61,315 nt of DNA from a virus (Duplodnaviria; Caudoviricetes): positions 1 to 61,315 of the IMG/VR virus record IMGVR_UViG_3300035665_000037; one strand, written 5' to 3'. Each line of letters starts with the position of its first letter. Position 1 is the stretch's first letter. Shown here piece after piece: positions 53,208 to 61,315 of the stretch. The translations under genes were made by a program, and so were the position numbers. The notes below the pieces were generated by a model, which searched no databases, had not been told where the DNA came from, and worked only from the letters and a program-made list of their open reading frames with translations.

Positions 53208-56200
53208 TTAATCATTACAACCGCAGCAAACATCTAACACACCTATAGTTGAGTAGCATAAATTAAATGCAGGAATAGGTACGTCACACCCACAACAAGC
53301 GTTGTTTATGTCTACATTAGAGTAGCACAACTCAAGTGGGAGAGAGCTTCTGTAATCCCATATCAAATATAAATATTGTCCGCTGCTTGGGACGGTAAAA
53401 TTTCCTGTATAATATCCTGATGCCCCTGTTGGACTAACAACAGTAGCTGCTGCAAGTAAGTTAGCTATACCAACTTGAGTGTTCGGGTAAAGCGTATTAC
53501 TTCTTAAGTATCTAAATTTATTGTAAGCCGGATTAAAATCAAATGTATCAAATCCTTGCTTGTTTGAAATAATCTCCATCGTAGCTCCTGAAGGAGGGAA
53601 TCCTCCTGTACCTTGAGGGCCAATGATAATATTGTACTCGGATACCACAGGGCTTTGAGGTGAAGAATCAAATGTTACAAGTGTAGACTGAAGCGGTGAA
53701 ATAAATCCTGCATCTGTATACCTATATTCGTTATGGATAAACTTGCCGGAATCGGCATTGCTTGTTAAGCATACGTTGACAATCCCAATCTCGTTTGCCT
53801 CCACGCAGTTTACAAGTACACTTACATTTACATTATCTGTAGCAATGATTTCAACCGAAAGTTCGTTTATGGCATTGCTATTTTTTGCAATTGTTAGTGA
53901 TCCTGATGTAGTTACAACACCTGACGTTACGGTAGTTAATCCATACGTAATCACAATCTCAAACTCTGCAGTTGATGATGGGTCTACGGTATATGTAATA
54001 ACACAATCGCCTACAGAAGTATTTTCAAATAACACTCCGTACTCTCTGTTTGATCCTGCTTCAATAGTAAAGTCCTGCTCAATACCACAGCTATAAATAA
54101 TAGGAGGTATAGGCACGGTATTGCTATTGGTGGTAAGAACATACTCATTCATGTAAGGATCAAAACCACCAATCTTCTGCGTGTTGAAAGATTCAATAAA
54201 GTTATCTCTAAACCAAGTACGCATACCCTGCTCAGATACCACCTTTAATTGATCTGAACTATAAGAGTTTCCGATTAGTTGGAGGACTGCTCCACGCTTT
54301 ACGTCTGTAAAGTATCTGTAGTACCCCCACTGCACATAGCTCTCAGGATGAAAACTAATACCATACTTTTCAACTCTTGCAATCTGCGTACCTAATACTT
54401 CAGGGACTGAAGTGATGGCACCACCGGCTGCCGCATCTGATAGTAAGTTCTTACCTGCAAGTACGTATGAAATCTTATCTTCTTGTAAAACAAGAACGTC
54501 AGTTTCACGTCCATCCATTTTGTAGATTGGACCAAATGATACTTCTAAATACTTATAGTTAAGGAGTCCTAAATTGAACTCGTTTAATTTATTAACATTT
54601 GACTCAAAGTTATACACGCCACTATAAGTGATGTCAGCAAAACGCCTTACTTGCTTATAGTCTTGAGCTGATACTGATGTTACACGATTACCAAGATTGA
54701 ATGTCCTTCCTACAATTGAGTCACGAATCTTATAACTCTCTGCTCCATTTCCGAAACAGAAACAGTTAAAGAACTCTGTATCTATTATAGCCGGCAAAGA
54801 CGCCGTTTGATTCTGTACATTACCTAAGTGTCTACCGTTGGCATCAATGCCAAATGATAGATGATTCTCAAAGAATACATCAGGTAAAGCATCGCTTGGC
54901 TCTGTCTCAAATATAATAGTAGTCTCTGCTCTAAATACCTCGATGTTTGCTATAATTGATGACCTGCGCTTTTCTCTTGATAGAACACCTCCACAACGAA
55001 GCGTACCACTCATGATCAGCGTCAATTGATTATTAGCCGGATTACGATAGAATCTATAGTAGTTAGTACAAAGATCTGTTGGTATATCAGTGTTGTTTGC
55101 CGCAAGTGTTGATATATATACGTTATCAGCCTCACACTGACCTCCACCAATATCTTGAACACCATCATTAAGTATCTGCTCTACGTTGTCACCATTAAAC
55201 CAATCCTGCATATTATCATAGTTCGCAGAAGCAACCAATGTTTTTTGTAACGTATAGATACGCTTTTCGCAAGCCGCACCACCTGATCCCACGCCAAGAC
55301 GTTGAAACTTTAAGTCAAGCTTAATACGACTTCCGGCAGGAACTGTATAGTCAACCCATGCTGATGTAGCAGTGTCATACCTATTCATTGGATAATTCAA
55401 AATAGGATACTCTCCTGCTTCATTTTGATCTACTTGTTCTGTACCCGGGGCAATAACAGAAAGTTCATCCTGAACAACAGCAAAGCTGTTAGGGTTAATT
55501 TTCATATATACTCCGGAAGGAACAGGAATATTTACACTCGGATCAAGTACACTTGGTATCTCAATAAACCCTGCCTGCTTAACTTCTTTCTCAAGAACCG
55601 TAGCATATACGCAATTATTTGTAGGTCCACTTGTGTCAGCTTTTACTATAAACCTATCACCTTGCTCCACCTTACGTGCATTTTCTCCTTCAAGAAGAAA
55701 GAATGCGTTATTGCTTAAAGGATCATTAAAGAATATGCTACTGTAAATAGTATCGTAATTCTCCTCATCAGGCTTTATAACAAACTTATATCGCTTTGCC
55801 CAAGCCGGAGCTATTTGTGTAGTAGGGATTGTTACCCTAATTGAGTTCTTGGTATCGGATGCAGAACAAGGGATCTGTACTGTATTTCTTGGACTAACCA
55901 ACGCTGTGGTTGATCGGCCAAAGTCGTCCATATACACGATACCAATCTCGTATCCACGATTGCTATGCAAGCTACGTGGTGAATTGATTTTTTGATAAAA
56001 AGATTCAGCAAAGTTTACTGAATAATATTCATATACATTAACTGTAGGAGTTGTAGTATTGTCAACATACCTCATCGCAGGGAATTGCAATCCAATTAAC
56101 TGACTTGCAGGGGTAGTGATAATACTAATAGGCTGACCTGCAGAAGAGATACCACTCTGAAATTTTATTAACGCATCCAAGTTGTTTGGTAACGCACAAT

Positions 56201-57680
56201 TAAATTGATCAGTAAATGTAGTGCCATTACAAGAGTTTGCTACAGGTTGAATATTTGCGATTGTTCCAATAACGTCTTGAAACGCTACACTTGTAGCCAT
56301 CTGATAAACAGAAGTATAATTCGTTGGAAGAGTAAAAGTAAGCGTAAGATTAATATTCTCACTCGTCTCTGTAGGGAATGGCGTACTTCCTGCAAATAAA
56401 TTATGCGTAAGCCTTACCTCTAAAGTGATTGAAGATCCTGAAATAAGTTGTATTCCTGTAAGATCAAAATAGACAGTAGCATTTGGAATTGTTTGAGCAC
56501 TACCAAAACTATATACACCTGTTCCTGTAGTATCCGTCAAACTTTCTGTTCCTACTAATTCAGAAACAGGAGAAGCAACATACTCAAGCTTAGTTACGTT
56601 TCCATTTTTGTCAACCAAATCGTAACCTTCAACATAGTTACCATACATCAAGCGATTACCCATAATTGTTTGAGCTCTTGCAAGAAGTGGTACATTGTCA
56701 AATAACCTGAGTAATTCAGATTCAAGAAGAACAGTAAATATTTTACTGTTGTTAAATGTATAAGTATAGTTAGTGTTATTGGCAAGACCAAGCTCAGCTT
56801 TGTCAAGCTTCTCAATAACTTTTATAATATTCGTTCCGGCTTCCTTAAACAACAAATCAATACCAACAACAAGCGGTCCCCCTGCATTATATGTAACTAT
56901 TGCCGTGTTGTTAATATTAACCATCCCCTCATTGAGGTAACTGTTGATGCTAAACTCAAATGGGTTTGGTGTAAACGCAGGAGCTGACCACAATGAAGTA
57001 GCAGAATACTCTCCATCTTGATAGCGATAACGATATGCAAAACAAATAAATCTTGTTTCCATAAAATTATCTTGCTGCCCTGTTCTTATTTCACGAACTC
57101 CGGGTGCTTCAACAGGAGGCTTCTTAATGACAAGTAAAGATTCTGCGCTAAATTGGTCTATGTTTCCAACAGGGTTAGGATAGTTTCTCGTTATGTTGAA
57201 TACCCTTGGAGGGTTATAGTTGTCGGTAAAAAATATTAACTGATCAATAAGATCTACGCCTGTAATTAAAAACTCAGGGTTAAAGTTTAGTGTGGTATTA
57301 GTCCCACCACCATCGTTAATACTTATTACGTGATATGTTAAACTGTTTTGTATCGTGTTGTACGATACGATCATATCAAGCTTGCCTGTAGCTCCTACAG
57401 GAAAATTTGGGTCATGAACAAACCAAAATATTCTTTCGTTTGCACTATCGTCAATCGCTCCAATGCACCTTGCGTTTGCACTAAGCGGTGTATTATTTAT
57501 ATACCTAAGCTGAGTAAGAGATACATTTCCTTTTGTATTCTCAATGACACCAATCTCAGATTGCTCTGTTGAGCCCATGCGAACATTAAGAGCATCTATG
57601 TACTCGCCATCAGGAATAAGTCGTTCATCAACGACTTTATTCATTTTACCTGCTGTAAAGTTTCTTGTTATATTCGCCAT
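53208..57680 (-). CDS. Tail nozzle/stabilisation-like protein
   Basis: GKMNKVVDERLIPDGEYIDALNVR, FAYRYRY, GNRLMYGNY, YFTDVKRG beta-rich motifs; follows two ring-protein genes. Confidence 0.65.
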   Translation of the reverse strand: MANITRNFTAGKMNKVVDERLIPDGEYIDALNVRMGSTEQSEIGVIENTKGNVSLTQLRYINNTPLSANARCIGAIDDSANERIFWFVHDPNFPVGATGKLDMIVSYNTIQNSLTYHVISINDGGGTNTTLNFNPEFLITGVDLIDQLIFFTDNYNPPRVFNITRNYPNPVGNIDQFSAESLLVIKKPPVEAPGVREIRTGQQDNFMETRFICFAYRYRYQDGEYSATSLWSAPAFTPNPFEFSINSYLNEGMVNINNTAIVTYNAGGPLVVGIDLLFKEAGTNIIKVIEKLDKAELGLANNTNYTYTFNNSKIFTVLLESELLRLFDNVPLLARAQTIMGNRLMYGNYVEGYDLVDKNGNVTKLEYVASPVSELVGTESLTDTTGTGVYSFGSAQTIPNATVYFDLTGIQLISGSSITLEVRLTHNLFAGSTPFPTETSENINLTLTFTLPTNYTSVYQMATSVAFQDVIGTIANIQPVANSCNGTTFTDQFNCALPNNLDALIKFQSGISSAGQPISIITTPASQLIGLQFPAMRYVDNTTTPTVNVYEYYSVNFAESFYQKINSPRSLHSNRGYEIGIVYMDDFGRSTTALVSPRNTVQIPCSASDTKNSIRVTIPTTQIAPAWAKRYKFVIKPDEENYDTIYSSIFFNDPLSNNAFFLLEGENARKVEQGDRFIVKADTSGPTNNCVYATVLEKEVKQAGFIEIPSVLDPSVNIPVPSGVYMKINPNSFAVVQDELSVIAPGTEQVDQNEAGEYPILNYPMNRYDTATSAWVDYTVPAGSRIKLDLKFQRLGVGSGGAACEKRIYTLQKTLVASANYDNMQDWFNGDNVEQILNDGVQDIGGGQCEADNVYISTLAANNTDIPTDLCTNYYRFYRNPANNQLTLIMSGTLRCGGVLSREKRRSSIIANIEVFRAETTIIFETEPSDALPDVFFENHLSFGIDANGRHLGNVQNQTASLPAIIDTEFFNCFCFGNGAESYKIRDSIVGRTFNLGNRVTSVSAQDYKQVRRFADITYSGVYNFESNVNKLNEFNLGLLNYKYLEVSFGPIYKMDGRETDVLVLQEDKISYVLAGKNLLSDAAAGGAITSVPEVLGTQIARVEKYGISFHPESYVQWGYYRYFTDVKRGAVLQLIGNSYSSDQLKVVSEQGMRTWFRDNFIESFNTQKIGGFDPYMNEYVLTTNSNTVPIPPIIYSCGIEQDFTIEAGSNREYGVLFENTSVGDCVITYTVDPSSTAEFEIVITYGLTTVTSGVVTTSGSLTIAKNSNAINELSVEIIATDNVNVSVLVNCVEANEIGIVNVCLTSNADSGKFIHNEYRYTDAGFISPLQSTLVTFDSSPQSPVVSEYNIIIGPQGTGGFPPSGATMEIISNKQGFDTFDFNPAYNKFRYLRSNTLYPNTQVGIANLLAAATVVSPTGASGYYTGNFTVPSSGQYLYLIWDYRSSLPLELCYSNVDINNACCGCDVPIPAFNLCYSTIGVLDVCCGCND

Positions 57681-57681
57681 A

Positions 57682-58605
57682 TTATTTTAACCACTTGTCC
57701 ATCCCACGTAGGTTCATAAGAAGTCTACCCGGATGAATGTTACTCATTCTTATTTTAGCATTACGAAGCAGTGCTGCTTTTTCTTTACGAGCACGAGCCA
57801 CAATGTACTCTTGTACACCAAGCTTTGAATTAAGTATCTCGTATTGAACGTATGCGTAAATATATTTTTCAAATAGTTTGTTAACACTAACCAATGCGTC
57901 ATTGCCATTCTCCATACCATCAGAGATGTATTCAAGAATAACAGACTGACCATACATGTCAGCGTTAAAGTTTATCACACCTGATCTTGTGTCAATCGCA
58001 AATGTTGGATTGAAGTTTGCAGTCTCTGTGTTGAGACCATAACGCTCACCAAGACCATATTCAAAATACCAAACACCATCAATATCCCATCCCTCTTGTC
58101 CATAGTATTGGCTTTGTGGATTAAGGTAAATGCTTTTCTTAATACCCTCTAAACGCTGCAAATCAATTTGAGAAAATTGAGGAGATAGTGCGTTGCCATC
58201 TTGGTCAAATAAAATTTTTCCGGTTTGATCTTGCAAGTATGCAAGTGATGATAGTATCTGAATATTTTCTGTAAGTGGTCTAAGGTAACCGTCTTTATAC
58301 AAGTTTACTCTTACCCAATTAACGTAGTCTGAAGGTAGAATATACCTAAGTGTATCATCAACTGTAAGCTCTAATACTTTTATCTGCTTGAACGCATCAT
58401 AGTTAAGTTCTTGCACAGCACGCTTAGCGTGAAATAATATCTTGAATCTTTCTTCATTATTTACGAGCGAGTGGTTTCCTGCATACATCAACATAAAGTT
58501 GTTGACAATGTCAAATAGACTCACATATTGATATGAGCCCCAATTGGCATCTGTGGGTTGATTGCCACCGTTTTCGTAGTATTGATATTGACTAATATAC
58601 GACAT
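57682..58605 (-). CDS. Putative tail ring/adaptor protein
   Basis: LPSDYVNWVR, ILEYISDG. Confidence 0.6.
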   Translation of the reverse strand: MSYISQYQYYENGGNQPTDANWGSYQYVSLFDIVNNFMLMYAGNHSLVNNEERFKILFHAKRAVQELNYDAFKQIKVLELTVDDTLRYILPSDYVNWVRVNLYKDGYLRPLTENIQILSSLAYLQDQTGKILFDQDGNALSPQFSQIDLQRLEGIKKSIYLNPQSQYYGQEGWDIDGVWYFEYGLGERYGLNTETANFNPTFAIDTRSGVINFNADMYGQSVILEYISDGMENGNDALVSVNKLFEKYIYAYVQYEILNSKLGVQEYIVARARKEKAALLRNAKIRMSNIHPGRLLMNLRGMDKWLK

Positions 58606-58607
58606 GA

Positions 58608-59348
58608 TTATACTGATTGTTTTTGTTCTTCAGTTGCCCCAAATTGAACAGCGGCTATCTCACGAATAGACATTCCTGCGTATTGAAGAATCTTTGTCAC
58701 AAGTTTAAACTCATCTTCATAAGGAACTTCAAAATCTTGATAGTCAGGCTGAGACTGATCAAATACCGGCTCACCATTTGTTAACGAAATATAGGTCCAC
58801 TTAGGATCTTTTGGATACCTAAAATAATTTGCTTCAACTTCATTCGGTAGATTGATAGTTGATGGATAAACTGTCATAATACCATTCTCTTGCGTATACG
58901 CAGGGTACTGTTCTGTTGGAGCAGTAAGGTTTGACGTATTAAGCATTGTGATTTTGGTATGCGTTATCTTCTCTGCTTCTCCTTTAAATACTCGTGGGCT
59001 TACTGATGCGTCATAACAAAGCACCTTATTGATCATGAAATAATCAAACCCTGTAGTAGTAGGAGAAGGAAGATAAAATCTGTTTGTGGCAGGAGCAACT
59101 TGCGATAGTGTTGATGTTACTGAAAATAATTCCATTGCTTCTTCAATCGCTTTGCGTATGTCGGCATATCCTGTTCCTGATGTACGAAGGTTCTCCATAT
59201 TTAAGATCTTATTGTACTCAGAAAAATACTCTTCAAAGGTCTCAAGCTGAGCCTGTTTGGCGTACAGATTGAAATCGGATGGGGATATGTATCCGTAGTT
59301 ATTCTTGTTCAGAATAGATAAGACTGTATTTCTTACGGAATTTATCAT
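58608..59348 (-). CDS. Putative tail ring/adaptor protein
   Basis: NKNNYGYISPSDFN..AQ, YFRYPKDPKW. Confidence 0.6.
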   Translation of the reverse strand: MINSVRNTVLSILNKNNYGYISPSDFNLYAKQAQLETFEEYFSEYNKILNMENLRTSGTGYADIRKAIEEAMELFSVTSTLSQVAPATNRFYLPSPTTTGFDYFMINKVLCYDASVSPRVFKGEAEKITHTKITMLNTSNLTAPTEQYPAYTQENGIMTVYPSTINLPNEVEANYFRYPKDPKWTYISLTNGEPVFDQSQPDYQDFEVPYEDEFKLVTKILQYAGMSIREIAAVQFGATEEQKQSV

Positions 59349-59361
59349 TATTCGCTTTTTA

Positions 59362-59369
59362 CAAAGATA
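59362..59369 (-). promoter_or_regulatory. Bacteroidota-type -7 element (TATCTTTG) for the tail operon
   Basis: TAnnTTTG upstream of 59348. Confidence 0.55.
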
Positions 59370-59372
59370 AAC

Positions 59373-59402
59373 AAAAAAAAGAGGGAGAATTAAATCCCCC
59401 TC
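59373..59402 (-). terminator. Intrinsic terminator
   Basis: GAGGGGGA-loop-TCTCCCTC followed by a T8 tract on the minus strand. Confidence 0.7.
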
Positions 59403-59429
59403 TAAGCTACAATTTATATCACTTAAAAC

Positions 59430-60176
59430 CTACTGTAAATTATTTTCAAGCATTTTTAAAGCGTCAATTCCATCGTCAGTCTTTAAGAACTCGGCAATTG
59501 TAAAGTATGGGTCCTGACCATAAGGAACAGTTAACATCTTTTTCTTATTGGAAACAGTATTAAACCACACCTCTTTTTGGCCATTTCTGAACGTCAAAAG
59601 CTTGTTTTCAAAGAACACGTGTACATTGGATTGAAGCTTAAGCATTGGATCGCTAAGCATATTTATAAACCCAACAGGGTCTTTTTTGGCATAAACCAAA
59701 ACATCACGCTTTAATTCTGCTGTTGTAAATCTTGAAGGATCTTTACCGAACAGAACCCTTGCTGCTGTTTCAAGCTGCTCTACAGATAGCTGACGAGCCT
59801 GAACCAAAGCATCTACTTCGGCACTCAAACTTTCAACTTCTTTAGCTGCATCTTTCTCAGTATCAACCTCTACGAAGGTACGCCCATTAAGGGGGTGGTA
59901 GTAGAGGAACTGTTGTAGGACCGGGTTGTTTTTAGGAACCTGAAGGAATCCATTCTCAAATATAATAGGCTCAACAATGGCGTTTCCATCTTGCTCATCC
60001 TCAAAAGGGGTCTTTTGATTAACGGCATATCTGAGTGGTCTATTGACATTGTTTTCCTCATCAAACCACAATAGTGGGAATCGTCTTGTATTTCGAGAAG
60101 GGATAGTGTAAGATAGAGGAGCAGAATCTCCTTTTAGTTTATATATCCTGTCAGCAGGAACTATATTCTTTTTCAT
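59430..60176 (-). CDS. Hypothetical protein downstream of the capsid gene
   Basis: 248 aa, AATC-repeat leader. Confidence 0.75.
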   Translation of the reverse strand: MKKNIVPADRIYKLKGDSAPLSYTIPSRNTRRFPLLWFDEENNVNRPLRYAVNQKTPFEDEQDGNAIVEPIIFENGFLQVPKNNPVLQQFLYYHPLNGRTFVEVDTEKDAAKEVESLSAEVDALVQARQLSVEQLETAARVLFGKDPSRFTTAELKRDVLVYAKKDPVGFINMLSDPMLKLQSNVHVFFENKLLTFRNGQKEVWFNTVSNKKKMLTVPYGQDPYFTIAEFLKTDDGIDALKMLENNLQ

Positions 60177-60200
60177 TAAATTTTAATTTGATTAGATTTT

Positions 60201-60241
60201 TAAAATAAGGGGGAGTGCCGTTTGGCACCCCACCCTTTATT
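60201..60241 (-). terminator. Putative terminator after the capsid gene
   Basis: GGGGTGCC-aaac-GGCACTCC hairpin followed by TTATTTT. Confidence 0.6.
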
Positions 60242-60251
60242 GATTGCTTGC

Positions 60252-61315
60252 TTATGAACCGTAACGGAACAACACGAAGTTGTTAGCACCCAAAGTACAA
60301 ACGCAACGCTCAGAAAGGAAGTTAACCTCCATTGCATCGAGATCGCTTGTTTGAGCACCACCGGCAGAACCTGTGATCCAAGTCTTGTAACGGCGGTCTT
60401 CAGTCTCAGAAGCACGGTAGCGAACGTGTAAGAACGGACGCTTAGCGTTCTTGCCAAGGATTTGGTCGTATACAGATGTAGAACCTGCAGGAACCAAAAG
60501 ACCTGTTACAGTACCTGCGGCTTGAGCACCTGTAGGAAGACCACCACGCATGGTAGGATCGTTCAAGTACTTCCAATCAGACTTGTAGAAGTCGTAACCT
60601 CTGCGGAAGCCTGTGAAGCCAAGGTTTAATGCCATGTCTTTGTCGTTGTCGAACAAACCGTAAGATGTACCGTTTGCTCCGTAGCTGTTTTGAGCAGCCA
60701 ACATATCGTCAATGTCAAAGCTGAAGGCACGGTTTACGAAGATTACGTTCTCTTCGATTGCACCTTGCTTGTCAAGACGAGAGATGATGCTGTCAAAGTC
60801 TACAAGGGTAGTTGGGTTACCACCGCCCCATACGTTACCACGATCGTTAACAACGTAGAAGATACCTTCTGAACCTTTGTTACCGTAAAGTGGGTTAAGT
60901 GAAGCGTTAGCAGCACCTGAACCTGACTCAGCAGGAACAGCCTCGATCATTGCAGTCTCAAGGTAGTCCTCAAAACGCAAGCGAGTTTCGTGCTCACTCT
61001 TCAAATACCAAAGGTATCCGGTAGCACCGTTCTCGGTTGTTACTTCTACCCATCCAATCTGAGCCATGTCAGAACCGCTTACAGCGTATTTGTCCTTGAT
61101 GATGATTGGAGAGTTGTCGAAGATCTCATCTTCTGCTTCCAAAGAACCGATCATTCCAACAGTTCCTTTCTTGAACTCAGAACCGTAGATCCATACAGAA
61201 AGAACGGCTGTGCCTGAGAAAGTTTGACCACCGGCTTCGTAGTAAGCAACATCGAAAGTACCTGCAGTGGTGTTCACAGCAGTAACGATACCCTTGTTAG
61301 AAAGACCTGTAGCGT
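60252..61315 (-). CDS. Major capsid protein, 3' part
   Basis: In-frame continuation of the 412..1 ORF. Confidence 0.85.
   Translation of the reverse strand, partial: ATGLSNKGIVTAVNTTAGTFDVAYYEAGGQTFSGTAVLSVWIYGSEFKKGTVGMIGSLEAEDEIFDNSPIIIKDKYAVSGSDMAQIGWVEVTTENGATGYLWYLKSEHETRLRFEDYLETAMIEAVPAESGSGAANASLNPLYGNKGSEGIFYVVNDRGNVWGGGNPTTLVDFDSIISRLDKQGAIEENVIFVNRAFSFDIDDMLAAQNSYGANGTSYGLFDNDKDMALNLGFTGFRRGYDFYKSDWKYLNDPTMRGGLPTGAQAAGTVTGLLVPAGSTSVYDQILGKNAKRPFLHVRYRASETEDRRYKTWITGSAGGAQTSDLDAMEVNFLSERCVCTLGANNFVLFRYGS
61262..61315. repeat. Terminal direct repeat, copy 2
   Basis: Identical to 1-54. Confidence 0.97.

Noticed and set aside
53196-53210. Stop-codon readthrough fusing the Cys-rich genes
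   Set aside because: Two of three junctions are in frame, but the stops are TAA, the third junction is out of frame, and each downstream gene has its own ATG and leader
1-61315. Assignment to Crassvirales or an alternative genetic code
   Set aside because: No virion RNA polymerase or DNA polymerase was recognised and the genome is smaller; genes are long and densely packed under the standard code, with TAG and TGA used as stops

Overview
The window is an apparently complete, circularly assembled ~61.26 kb tailed dsDNA phage genome. Positions 1-54 repeat at 61262-61315, and the major capsid gene runs across that junction. The host is most likely in Bacteroidota, based on TAnnTTTG promoter elements and A-rich leaders without Shine-Dalgarno sequences. 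The minus strand carries the head, packaging, fibre, lysis, chaperonin, tail and ejection genes. The plus strand (26.5-40.2 kb) carries small early genes, then recombination and replication genes: Sak-like annealing protein, exonuclease, SSB, primase-helicase, SNF2-like helicase and nucleases. I recognised no DNA polymerase, RNA polymerase, integrase or tRNA. The most notable features are: (1) one convincing and one plausible gene nested in the +1 frame of the 2496-aa ejection-type gene; (2) a complete type I hammerhead ribozyme after the first early gene; (3) apparent genome-wide absence of CCAG/CTGG and CTAG with excess CCGG, plus a dense palindrome patch ahead of the early region; (4) two related iteron/AT-rich/IHF-site elements bracketing the early region, alongside two DnaA domain IV-like proteins; (5) GroEL and GroES plus a second, tandem-domain GroES-like protein in the packaging module; (6) a Cys-rich module apparently split across three consecutive-gene junctions. 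All family assignments come from motif recognition by eye; no database searches were run.
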